DNA of 64,000 nt from Balanoglossus misakiensis (lineage: Eukaryota > Animalia > Hemichordata), in NCBI GenBank assembly GCA_040954595.2, contig CM082593.2, forward strand, positions 4,853,434-4,917,433. The letters run 5' to 3'. The notes beneath the pieces were generated by a model that ran no database searches, was not told where the DNA came from, and saw nothing but the letters and a program-made list of their open reading frames with translations. Of the stretch, positions 26,059 through 39,544 are shown piece after piece; positions within the stretch are counted from its first letter, which is position 1, and every line of letters begins with the position of its first letter. Position numbers and translations under genes: made by a program.

Positions 26059-29000
26059 CGGCAAAAACAAAACTGGGCGTCTATCAAACCTTATTTTATC
26101 AGAGATAAACTTTCACACTGTGGTCAAATGTAAACAGACGTGTTCTGAAATAGTAGATGCCACAAACGATGGACGTGATACCACTTTCTGAATTGAATTG
26201 AATACAGCAATCAGTATTAAATGTCAATAGACTATCAAGCTGAAAAATATCACACAGCATTGGGTGTACTTATTGAACGCAATCCATGTCATCAATATCT
26301 AAAATCTGGCATATTCGCTATTTTGGGCTGTGCAGAAATATTACTTTTTTGACCATCACAACCTTTCTGTCATAAAATATTTTAAATTTTATATTACTAC
26401 TATCCTCAAAGATATCGTGTCCAAGACGACAAGGATAAAATGCATCCATCTTTATGCAAATGAGTTCATTTCTCCGACAAGATCTTGCATATATATGATA
26501 CGACAGTTCAGAGTTCACTGCCCAGGCAACAGGCTTTTCCTTTCCCACAATACACTGGTGCAGCAGTTCAAAGTTTATCCCCACAGCAACCAGCCACTCC
26601 CATCCCATCCCATAATGCAACGTGTACGAGTTCATTACTTATAGTAGTCTAATCCTCAATTCAAGAGTATCATCTTGTAAACTCGACAAGAGTGACACAC
26701 AGCCTTGACTTCTTCAACTCATTGAAATAACCTCTCTTCTTCAGATGTGTCAACTAATGTCATGGACATATCAATGTTGTGACTCTCTATTTATACCGTA
26801 CACGCAACGATCAATGTCGCACAACGATTAATTTCCATTAGAATTCCTTTCTTCTTTACAAAACTATTTCTCGTATGTCAATGAGAAATGATACTGCAAA
26901 ACTGTTATTGCACAATCATAAATGATTGATATCAAATTTGATGTATCAGGTTATTATTTCCACAGATGCTTCCTATGATGGTTGTTCTATTATTTGCATT
27001 CTTCAATGGTGAATCACAAAGCAATCGGGAAATCCGTGATGATCATCTAACAAGGATGTTTAACCCGGCTGTTCACCACCATTATTTTTGTTTTAATTCA
27101 ATGTTTTCTATGAATATGAAGTTTCTCATCATATTGTGCTAATACAAGGATATCATACACACACTGTCACACCTCAAAAAAACATTCACCAAACACGATT
27201 GACTTTTTCCCTGCCCACCCTAATAAATTTCATCTATTTATGTATTCCACACAATATTTCACCATGGATCATGTGACGCTTTGACATTTGAATTTATGTG
27301 GACTTGCTCGACACTGGCAAAAAAGATTTAGAGGTGAAAATGTCAGTTATCGACCTCCCAAGGGAAAGAAGAAAGGGCAAAAATATAAGATAGCATACGG
27401 TAAGGCCAGAGGTCAAACCAGTTGCTATGCAGGTACACTGATCGTAAATGTAACGTTTTTACTTTTAGTGGGTGTGGCAATTTTCATGATGTATACATTG
27501 ATGTCAATTTCTCTTTCAATGAAAGCAAGGCTGAAGAATCTTTCCTCCCATACATATTTTAAATTAATTTATTTATATTTGTGTTCGTTACATTTTGAGG
27601 TGTTGAGTAATTAATTATACAAGTGATAAAAATATTGACAGCTGAGACTGAAAACAATCAAGATAGCAATGGCATCAAACATGGATCCCGTATCAATTTG
27701 TTGTGCATGGATCTTTATTCTCATGATGGCTTGATTTTGTCACACATGACGTCATGACAACAGCATACGAATCTAGACGTCATGTACGAGGGGTACGTGC
27801 ATGCAATTCAAGCTGTCAAGAACATCAAGACATGTGTCTATCTGCAAAGGGCAGGAGGCTACTTCAGGGTAAAAACTAGCGATTGCGGAGACATTGCCTC
27901 TCTGCATAACACGCCCTTCTGCATCAATTCTCCGACACGAACTGACTGTCCTACGATTTTACAACTAGAATCTTTGATCACATTATAACCCTGACACCCC
28001 TATTTCACTGTACATGGGGTTGACCATCCCTAGTAAAAATCAAACGGGGTGTACCAAACAGGGGCAGTGATAGGGTGGAACCATACATTGAGAATTGAAT
28101 CAGCATCCACAACTATATCGACTGCTCGTACATGCTAAATTTGACACCCGTTTTCCCCGATGCGAATCGATAAAATATTTGCTTTCACGGTGCCAACTGT
28201 AGCGGGCCGGCAACAAAACTCAGTGGGCGGCAAAAGCAGCGAGACACGCACACTGCAAACACAATTCGTTCATCCAAACAGACCCAGCCTGGTTTGTAAA
28301 TGTCACCCAATGCAACACTGCCCCCTATCGAAGTCTCCAATTTCACTGGAGTAATTTTCCAACGCTGTCAGCACAGAACAAACAAACCTCAGAAAGAGCC
28401 GAAAACAAACAGACAGTTATACAACTCTGTGATGTCATAACAATATGTCTGAGTTTCCCTATTCCGAGTCTCTTATCGTCACCATTTACAGTACAAGTCT
28501 CTCTTTTAATGGATGATGGATACTCTGTGTTGACAGGGGACTGCGGTTTCAACCCTCCCTCCCATGCTAATGAACCCTGGGTAGTAAATAATGGCCCCGG
28601 ACACTGAATACTGTGAGGCTTGGTTAGAGAGGGGTGTGGTGGGCAAGTAAAATGTTAAAGGAATTTACCACAGATGGAGAACGCAATTTTGATGTGTTTT
28701 AGGGTTGAATTGGGTGTTTATTTTATAGTCTTACCATTGACTTCTGCGATTTCTGCAAAATATTGTCACAATTCATATCCACCTTTGCCATCTAAACGTA
28801 AACCCTTTACATCTCAGAAATTCCATGGGTTTCATAATGCTATTACATACAGCAATTATCCCCACAAATTCACTAAACTCCAACATCACTCATTATTACA
28901 CAGCAAATATTTTGACAGATAAATAATTTTAGATGTCCATGGTGAAATGCATCCAATGATTCATTACACTGTGTGAATGAAATTGACAGCGATGATGATA

Positions 29001-30251
29001 TCAAACAGCCTTGACTTCTACTGTAATTGATTTCCAGCTTACCAATGTTCATTTCTTTGTGATCGTTAATCACAGAATAGGAGAGAGAGAGCGATAGATC
29101 ACACACAAGCAATTTGGTTGCTATGGCCAGTCATAAACTTAGATTTAAGACACTTCATTGACGTAGTTTACCTTTCGTAATTTGAATACCCTGCCGATGA
29201 TTTTTTTATATTGAGTGTTTTACTGTTGTAGCCAAGAATCTTCACTAAATGTACATTCCCTCAAAATTGACAGAAACCCTGGAAGCCTTAAAATCCACAA
29301 AAATACGCTAAAGGGATTTCTGTGTCTTTAATGCCAAAAGAAACTTTCCCGCTTAAATTACGAGGCATTTTCCTCGGAGTTCACCGGGATGATATTCCGG
29401 GCGACACTCCGGCACTGTAATCATGAAGACCCGGAGAGACTTGCAGCTCGGCAATCAGGAACATTGATGGGACAGATAAGATGCAAATTGCTTTTAATGA
29501 TGTCACTAGGTCGCTCAACTCGATATTTCACTTGTATCGCAACGCCGATCGAGTCAGATCAGATATGTTGGGAAACTCCACTGTATTTTTATCCACTGAA
29601 CCTGATACTGTCAATTAAAAATGGCGCCAGATTGTGCCATTGATCTTCCATCCCCCCCACTTCAAGGCCACCTGTGAGAAAGTCGCATTGATTTTGCAGG
29701 ATGGGAGGGTCTATTTATATGGATATAGGGGTGAAAGGGAGGGTGGTGAAGTCAGTGCCTTGGGGTGTTGCATCATGCAGGTCTACAAGACGAATCATTT
29801 TAAATGACAGAAATACATCGCACATCACTCCAGCCATGACAGGTGGCTGCCTCAAGAGTCAAAGGCAACATTTTGACTGAAGTAGGAGTGATTTGACAGT
29901 TAAAATTCACCGACAGCTCACAAATCCCACAAGCACAATCACTCACCAAAATTCTGAATTATATTTCCATCTCGCTATACTATCACACTGTGAAACGCAA
30001 AAAAGCACCAAAGGCGCAACACTTGTGAAAATGACTGACTGCATTTTTACACCGGATGACATAAATTTCAATTTTACTGAATTCAATCAATAAAATTTTA
30101 CTCTGCTACAAAATGATAATTGCTACTGACTTATCTCTCAATTTCGTTCGAAAAACCATCAATTTAAACATTTTTTCCTGGAGGTTTTTTATCATTTTTA
30201 TGAGATAGTCATTCGATGTGTGGGTAGGATGTGACACAGACTGCAACTCAC

Positions 30252-30263
30252 CTTTGGAGACAT
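30252..30263 (-). CDS. Probable ankyrin alternative first exon, coding part MSPK
   Basis: ACC ATG TCT CCA AAG|gtgagt: good Kozak context, consensus donor, phase 0; two X-boxes ~290 and ~440 bp upstream. Confidence 0.65.
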
Positions 30264-30551
30264 GGTAGGGGATTCACACTCCAGCTGATAAGCTGTCAGA
30301 AAATGCGTCATTATGGCTTTTTAACCAGACTCAAAGCCGTTCACACACACACTTGTAGTACCACAGATTAAAAGCGCTGCCTGATTCACCGAGCTACATC
30401 AGATCTCTGCATTCAGTCCCAGACAAAATCCTCGTTCAGTAGGAACAATAAATCTGGAGCAAGTGAAGGGAGGGTTCAACCGAGACACAAACAACCAGGT
30501 CCCCCGCTTCACAGGAAATCACTCCCCCTCGCCCGACAGTCAGAAGAGGCA

Positions 30552-30714
30552 GTTACCATAGCGACCCACCCGAGCATGCAGCACTGCATCTTAAACACGA
30601 CCGTCACATGACTCGGTTACGGCACCTTGCAGATTATCCGATTTCCCTACACAATTACCACTATTCACATCAAATTTCAAGGCTCGTTTCAAGGTAATCT
30701 GTAACCATGGCAAC
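30552..30714. promoter_or_regulatory. Pair of RFX X-box motifs upstream of the MSPK exon
   Basis: GTTACCATAGCGAC (30552-30565) and GTAACCATGGCAAC (30701-30714). Confidence 0.55.
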
Positions 30715-33700
30715 CGCAAATTTAAACGCTCGAATCTGCCCAGCCTACACTCACAAACGAGAGACACAGATTCCTGTTTTTAATATCAGGGCCAGGCAAT
30801 CCCTGTAACTTGTAATTTCACTCTTTGTCAACGTAAAGAAAATCAAATTAAGTTACATCTAATCTTTCGTAATCGCAAACCAAATATCAGTTTCAACATC
30901 TTTTCATCACATCGCACTTTGTGCAGTAAATAAAGTCTGCCGGCGATTTAATACAGTTGCAAGGAGTGGCTGAACGACTGAATTCTGATGAGGTGCATTA
31001 GCAGCAGCCCGACTGGCAGTAAATCTTACTTCTGCACGTCTCAGAGACCTTTCACAAATTGTACATTTCAAAATTTCACAGTCAAATTATTCTTGACATT
31101 TAGGGCATAATTTTTCTCCTTTTGTTACAAAATTCTTCAAATTAGAGCATTTTGATAATAATATTACTGGGTAATCAACCAAATAATCTCCCATCTTTGG
31201 GCCAATTTCTTTCCACATGTATGCCTTTTAGTTGTATAATTCACAGTCATTTTCTTCTCACTGAGAAAATGTTTGGGGGATATGGTTACATCAATGTATT
31301 ACTACTGCACTGGAGGAAAGCAATGCTAAACACACTGTCTCTACCGGAGCAGAGTATGCGTTCTATGGTCAAATCAAATCAGTACGTCAAATATCACTTT
31401 ACAAAGAGATGTTTTTTCTAAAGGGGATGGAATTTTTCCTGTCTCTCTTACAATTAACAACACCTACATTCAAATAACTAATTTCAGTTTAAAATGCCAA
31501 TGAAAGATGTCCACTCTTTTGAATGGAAAATAACACAATTGGCAAACGCTCGTGTGAGAGGGGAAAAAAAGTGCATTTATTTCACAGCCGAGAAAATATA
31601 TTCAAATAGAAACTGTATGAATTACACATAGGGCAATTTAGGTCACGCTCGTAAATTTTGTAGCAGTGAGAGTGAGACTGCCTGCTGAGTTCACCATGGA
31701 CGTGGTTAGCATAATCACACTCAGGCAGACACATTAGTGTGTTACTTAGCTCTAAGCATTCCCCTATCGCCTGATTCGAACATCTCCAGAATTATAAAAT
31801 CACTCGAAGCTGCCGTCTACCGACATTGTTTAAATTCAGACGGCTAATATGATTATCAGTCTGCTGATCATACATTCTGGAGCCATTTTGGGTGTTTTAT
31901 CTCAGTGGCAAATTAGTTATAAGCGATACAGCTATTTTATGCCTTATATGTAATGCAAAACAGAGCTCGCTGCTATGTCACATGGAAAATGCATATATTC
32001 TATGTGCTGCATGGTAGTTCAAATTCAAAACGACAGCTGTGGCAATTGACGATAATGTAGTCTGACATCTTGTAGATACATGTACAATGGAATCCCCTAA
32101 AGGCTTGCTGGAAATCATTGAAATCAAGACACTTCTATGGTACAGCTCAAGATTTCTTTTTTCAATTAGCTAAAACAGGGCTAACGATGGGTAGACTACG
32201 TTAGGTAATTGCCACTATGGTTTTTATACCTATTTGCTTGAACATTTTTGATCTATTTTTGTCTGTTTATTTTCTTTACTTCCTAAGTAACTGAAATACA
32301 AATCTTTGTGACCCAAAATGAGACACCTTGGAATTATAGAAGCCAAAATAATCATTTACTGTTGCTTTTAATGGGATGTGGGATTATCAGCAAAGTAGCT
32401 GATGAGATTTAGACATCATATGGGATTTGGTTCCAGGAAAAAAATCCTTTTTGCATTCACATAGCTGTCAGTGTTCTTGCATTGATCAACAGAATGTGTA
32501 AGTGTCCATTGTTACTAATCCATCACACAGCTAAACATTCACTCCAGAATTTGCTGCAGGGTTAGATATCATGACAGGCAAACCAGGGTTGCCTCAGGAC
32601 AAGTTTCTGCCTTCAACGGAGAAAAGGAATAAAGTATTGTTGGGAAATGAACTCTAGAGGGCACCATTGATGATAGGCTTTCATCGCATGTAGAAGTGAT
32701 GCATCATGGGAGCTAAGAAGTGGGTGTGGCACATTTTCTTCTAAAAAGACTCAAAATGTCAGTTTCTTTTGAGAAATACACTTCATGATGCTACCATGCT
32801 ACACATAACAGTATATGGTTTACATACTACATATATACACTGCAGCGAGCTGGCTTTGTTTAACATTTCTCTCTCGGACATCATCTCAGCTCATTGGCGT
32901 GGTAATCAACCAACAATACACTGATAACATGGACAGATATTCTCATCATCACATTGTAATTTCATGGCTGGGCATGCAAACGTCATTACTGCGAGACTAA
33001 TAATTGTAATTAACCAAGCTGAGGCCCAGAAAAATATGCATAGCGCCCCCAATCAACAACAGCAAGACTTTACAAATGTGATTGAAATTCAGACATGACT
33101 GTTTTCATAGGAGTTGCCATACATGTTCCACCCCTCTAGAGCTTCGAAGAATTACAGGTTTATTTAAACAAACTACTGCTGACAGATGCCCACTTGTGAT
33201 GTCAATCACATGTACATGTGCATTATTAATACCGCCAACAAAATCATTTCTAACATCAAAATCACTGAAGTATCTGTCACAATTTTGCTTCATTAATTTG
33301 GATTTGATCCATTACCACTTGCTTCTTACAGTCAATGATAATATTGAGTTCTTGAGGAAAGCCTTAAATACATGTATTATGAAGTAAATGATTGTGACAC
33401 TGACAGTATGCATGATTGACAGTATGCATCCCAGTAGAGAACGTGACAAAATATGGTCATATTCATAACATTTCCAATGACAACTGTCAGCCCTTGCATT
33501 CACAGTCAATTTTTAATGTTACCACTTGACACTAATTCGCTTGATTTGAATGTCAAACGGCTACAAACTCGTAAATTTTTAATAAGCCAATTGATATTAA
33601 TTCGTAACATATGTATTATGAAACGGACAGAGAGCACATGGCAGGCAATTCTATATTTAGCATGTTCTTCCATATTTAGTGCTAACAGTCTGGTTTAATT

Positions 33701-35819
33701 ACCAGTAACATTATTGAACCTTCTTTGTGGAAAAAGTTCAAATGAACCCCTTCAATCATGTCAAATGATTTGAAAATGTCCTTCAGAGGAAAAAAATGAT
33801 GTAATTTTCTCCTAAGAGTTCCGAAGAAACCAACGCTTCACTGCAAGAATTTGCAACGCCCAATTTTATTTTCTCTGCCCGCAAGACACACACACATCAA
33901 ATTCCATTTCATCTCGGGTCACATAAACAATAAACAATCGGGCTTTGTTCTCCCGGGACGATTTTAGCCATACACTATACCACCTTGTTCAGTAGAACAC
34001 AGGAGCGACTTGATTCGGACTTCTCTGAGGTCACCCTGAGGTCATCTGACACACAGGACACCGTTGTGCTGCCGAACAGTGTGTGTGGCTAACAAAACTG
34101 TAGTGTAGGATGACCTTTTTTGACATCGTTCTCATTTTCTACCGCTTCAGGGTGAACTGTCGATTTGAATAAAGGCAGCTAGCTAGAGGGGACCGTCACC
34201 CTGATATACCGGTGTACAAAAGCTCCATTGATGGGATCCTCATTTGTCCTGTGTTTGCCGGGACTTGGGTTTAGCCACTGCCCTTGTGCGAGGCAGAGTG
34301 CTATAGCCTAGGTTCTACAGAAACATCTACCTCTAGACTATTGCTGATGCAGAGATTGATAACATTATCTCGTCTGCACATACCCAATATTTTGTTCAGG
34401 GCAGGAAAGCAATTGATGTTGTATACGACAGAGCTTCTGCATTTTGCAATTGTTTAGGACATGAGAGGAAGGACATCCTTTAAATAGACCTGCGTCCTGC
34501 TATGCATTAAAAAAGAACAGTCACTCGAAGACTTTGACTTAACACAAATTTTGTCAGATAATTAATACAGGTACATGTATACCGTGACATTGGTCATATG
34601 ACTACTATAGGCAAATCAAAATTAACATAAAATCAATCTGTGAATTGGGTTTAAAGCACACACATTCCATCGCTAATTACAAGCTACACTGTAGACCGTG
34701 ATACCTTCAAGCAAAAGGTATACAACATTTTTGTAGGAAATGGCAACAAAGATTTGAATAACTCACACACCAGGGGTGCTGAGATGCCACTGTTCACAGC
34801 AACACTTCAGTCACAATTAAGAAATCAATGCACAGACAATTCTGACCACCATGGCCTCCCGCACCAATCAAGAGACAATAATTCCACCATAACGCAGACA
34901 CAAAAGAGAGCTTTGTTGAGAGCGGCAAGTCTTGCAATTTGCATTCTTGTAACCCGCTGATGTGTCTAGCCAGAAAAATATCCAGCAGCAAACTCCCCAT
35001 ACCAGGTTAAGTAATGGGCTTTCTATGCAATGTTTGAGACGAATCTCAATACGCGAGTAAATGACAGAATGGCTAAATTTTTCATCAGTGTTTCTAAATC
35101 TGATATGTTGAGCCAATCGTTTAAATCGCCACTTGTTGTTTTCTTGTGTATTATGAGAAATTTCATGAGCGTTTTCCACTAACAGATAACTAATAAGAAT
35201 TTATTTCCATGGGTGAATTGCATGGAGACTAATTTATGTCTGGCTGAAAAAAAAATGCATAAATTCACCTTGAGGTATAATCAGCTCACATTTGAAGTGC
35301 CTGGCAAAATCTCCAATGCATTACGCAAGCTGACATTTTTGTCTTTTCTTTGGAAATCATAATTATCATAATCATACATCATCCTTCCAGGGAAAAATTG
35401 ATTTTCTCAAGTCCTGTAAAGACTGATACATCTCTAAATAAAAAATATAGCAAACTTAAATATCGATTAAGTTCACTTTTTAATTCAATTTAGTATGAAG
35501 TAATAAAAAGATGCAAATTCAGCAATTATCACGTGCAAGCACAGTTGCAGTAAAATGGATTCTAGAATGTACCCAAAATTACATGTTGTTCCTGATGGCC
35601 AGATACCGTAACAGTAGTTTTAAATTTATTAAAAAATATATAAACGTTGATACTTGACTGTGTGTATTATTTAAAGTTTATCTAGATCGTCAACATGTTT
35701 CAATTTTCATTGGTTTGGTTCATCATGGAAGATACAACTGTAATATCCCCTATCCAGGCCCTCTGTGTTGAGATGATCAGATCGTTCACCTGGGAACTCA
35801 TTTGAATTTCATGACTCAC

Positions 35820-35945
35820 AGTCACACATTTACATGTGCACGTCTTACAGAGGCCCCTGCCGGTGATCTCAAGTCGGATGGCGACAAAACAGAATCGTTT
35901 CTGATTTCCCGGCAATTCCGCGAGACCGGACCCGACGGTAATCAT
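35820..35945 (-). CDS. Candidate ankyrin alternative first exon MITVGSGLAELPGNQKRFCFVAIRLEITGRGLCKTCTCKCVT
   Basis: ATG in a CpG-rich patch; phase-0 donor ACT|gtgagt, plus a second in-phase donor CAG|gtgaac at 35790. Confidence 0.35.
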
Positions 35946-37140
35946 GTGACCATGTGCTCCATTTAGCCATCACTCTTAGTCTTACTATACCTGTGCATAC
36001 ACACACGATGTAACCCCATCGCACATTTCCTGCAGTTTAATATTAAACGATCAGACCTTTTAGCCTTCTGTAAAGCATACTACTGTCACATTCATTGGAG
36101 TTGAGAAACAACAAACATCCGAGCCCAACTATATTTACCTTTCTTTTGAAATGAATTTTTTTCTATTGTAGAGAATTGGCCACTCTAACATCATAAAAAC
36201 TCCACATCTTGTTGCGAGAATTCAAAGAAATGTCCGCACACGTTAAACTGGGAGCTTCAATTCCCCAGGCTGTCAAATGAGACATACTTTGAACATTTGA
36301 GACGGCTATTAAAAACATGTCAACTCAACAAGCCAATTCAGATAGTTGACAGCTGAGCAATAACTAGTTTTCCATCTGGGTCTCAGACTCCCTTTTTATT
36401 TCTGTCACAACTCTCTCTCTTTCTCTCTCCAGGCACACTGAATTGTGTTGTGTCAATCAACGAGAAAGAGTTTTCTGAGATGAATCATGTTACCAACTGA
36501 GGAACTGCCGGAAAATTGACAGCGCTACATGAATTCTAACAATGCAATGCACTACTCCTCAAATTATCGCATGGAATTTTCACTAATATTAATAATATGA
36601 CTTTATATTATAATTGAGACTCCTCGAAGTATCAAATACTTATCCCAAACTTCCCCTTTGGTGCGATAGTTCAGTCATGTACTGAACATAGAGGATATAA
36701 TTACATACACATTTGCCGAAAAAATACATTTACATCAATCAAGCTGTACTGTGTTGATATTGTGTGTGTTCACCACTCGGGGCAATTTAACACGATTTCA
36801 CCATTAGAGCAGCGATATTAAGTCGCTACGCATCATAAATGATACCGGTACTTCTGCCTGATGGCTGGCCTTTCCTCCCGTATCTGGGTCAAATTTCAAA
36901 TAACGATAATACCAAGCTGTAGCGGACGGGAATCAGCTTAGCAACAAACCATCGCTATGCACTGGGCCGTGCATCGCTGATAAGATACATGAAGGATGCC
37001 GGCACTATGTCGTCACTTTGAAGGGACGGCGTTTGTATCTCCAGATATTACAATTAAATTCCTGTTTAGAGCTGCGCCCACATTAACAGCATGACAACAT
37101 GACGTTGATAGGCTAGCTACCACAGTATTCTTGTTCCAAA

Positions 37141-37210
37141 TACAGTAAAACCCGTCTACACTGATCCTGGTCTAATCTGGAAACCTGTCTATACTGAACA
37201 CCTTTCCCAG
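37141..37210 (+). mobile_element. Possible solo end of a Tc1/mariner/pogo-type non-autonomous element
   Basis: TA-CAGTAAAACCCGTCTA followed by a subterminal repeat (ACCTGTCTATACTGA); no partner TIR found nearby. Confidence 0.3.
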
Positions 37211-38243
37211 GTTAGTCCAGAGCCAGGTTGGAAACTTAGTCCTGATCTGTAGTGTGTAACAGCTACGTGTGATTTACAGGGCAATGACATGCAAATGCTA
37301 AATATAGGCTCCCTAAATTAAGCTGCAGTGCAGGTATTAATATAATTTTGACAGCAGTCACGTTAGAGTACAGATAGCAAACCCTGGCAAAACTGCAGGC
37401 GTTACCCTATGTCACACCTCACATGTATTTAATATCACAAACGCTGACAGACAAAATGAAAACCACTCAGGAAGGGGCAGTGACTGTGAATTATGTGGAA
37501 ATTGACTGATACGATGGCACCAGCTGGGTCGTATATGAATAATTAGGGTCTGTTGTACCAACAGTGGTTAGAACTAGAAGCTGCCATATTGGCTAGGTGG
37601 ACCAAATTCACAATAGAGCCGTAAGGACGTTCTGGGGTGGCATAGAAAATAGAAACCCTTAACTTGGTGACAGTGTGTGTTTCTACTGGAAAAGAGACAA
37701 TTACTGACATGCACACTCCATGAATGATGTACATGACAAAAAATCTGATTTTTTCGGACAAAACAAACTTCATTAATACTTCAACACATTAGTCTTCTGA
37801 CTGCAATATTAATCTTGATGCATAAAAAATGACTCTTCATGAATTATTAACAAATTATGTAAGGATTACACAGCTATGTTACTTTCACATTATTATTTGA
37901 AATTTCACACATGCAATCAACAACAGGCAGAAAACAAAATCTTTATTGATGTTGGACATGATTCCTATGATTGCCATCACAAGAAATTGCAAAAAATTTA
38001 GTGAATGGGTGGGAAAAAATTCAGTATGGGTGAATTATCTGACCTTTCGGGACTGTGTAAAGTTCACCATAAGGTGTGGTCACTAAAATACAACACCAGC
38101 TGATGCACTTTCACTTAGCTATAGATAGAGCCCATATGTATGTAAATACACACACTACTTGACAAGTTGTAATTGTAACCCAAAGTCAGGTCAGGGTTGC
38201 TTTGCTGGGGAACACAGCGATTAACAAATGCAGGTACAAGGTG

Positions 38244-38340
38244 TTAAAGGTATACATGTACGGTCACTTCCAATTTACATACGCCCATATATGGCAGAAG
38301 TGGCGTATTTGAGTGTTCTTTAGACAATTCACATATAATA
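38244..38340. mobile_element. End fragment of the second TTAA MITE family
   Basis: TTAAAGGTA(TACATG)TACGGTCACTTCCAATTTACATACGCCC resembles the reverse complement of 51561-51593 (TCACCTGTAATTTACATATGCCT); right boundary uncertain. Confidence 0.45.
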
Positions 38341-39191
38341 TTCCATACATGTAGTTTAAAAGAAGCTGTCTATTAGACATATCACACCACATCCTGAACG
38401 TCGACGTCGGCGTGCTGTGTGGCGACTGTAAACGCATCCCTGCACGATCAGTTGAATGCGCAATTAAGTGGAGAAGTGAGGCCCTTTATCCTGAAGGCAA
38501 CAAAAAACACCTGTCATTGAGACACACAGGGTTATGACATCCATGTATATATCATGGATGCAATCACTGAATAAATGCATATAAAAACATAAAAATGATC
38601 TGTTTTGAATCAAAATAACCTTTTATGTAAATAATGATCACAATTTTCAATATCGAGACTACATGTATACATGTACTTAATCATTCCAACAGTATCTTGT
38701 CAAAGTCACGATATCAAACAATATCATATGATACATGTAAATTCTCTTTTTGCCCGTGCATCCCGGAGTGCCTCAATGAAATAAAATTTGCCTTGAGACT
38801 GATAGTGTGATTCAACTAAAGATGACTAATAACAATAAATCAAGCAGACTCAAGAAAGGTTATGAGTCACGTATTACTCTTTGGACAAAAACAACCAATT
38901 TGAACAGATTTCTAGGAAACCAAACCTTCACATCAGCAAGTACATCAAGGTGGATTTGTCTGTCATACACTTGCCTAATACAGATTTGCAGGTCAGGTAC
39001 AATTTATGCAGGTCTGAATTGTACATACAAGAAAATATCACATTATGTTACTAATTATAATTTGCTAATCTCGCAGTGGTCTAATTGCACTTAATTAAAC
39101 ACTCTGAATGGTTTAATTCCAAAACATGTCTTGTTTCAACCTGTCAGTCACACCCATCGTAAATTCAGTCCCTATTGTAGCCACCCTGTAA

Positions 39192-39544
39192 TTAAAGGGA
39201 CAAAGTCTCTTTCTTGCTGCCCTTATTTCATTAATTATGTTTGATACAAGACACCGTTTATGTTAATGTACATGTGGATATATAGTGAATCAATGTTCAA
39301 CTACACACAACTTCCATCCCACTTGTAGACACGAGAAAGAAAAACTCGCCAAAATGAATAATCGGTGTTTACCATTTATTCATTTTGGCGAGATTTTTAC
39401 TCATATCCTACAAACGAGATGGAAGTTGTGTGTGGTCGAACGTTGATTCACTATATATCCACATGTAGAATAACATAAACAGTGTCTTGTATCAAACATA
39501 ATTAATGAAATAAGGGCAGCGAGAGAGAGACTTTGTCCCTTTAA
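39192..39544. mobile_element. Palindromic MITE, TTAA target site, Kolobok/T2-type (copy 2)
   Basis: TTAA-AGGGACAAAGTCTCT...AGAGACTTTGTCCCT-TTAA; full-length homologue of 1522-1876 with better-preserved arm symmetry. Confidence 0.92.
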
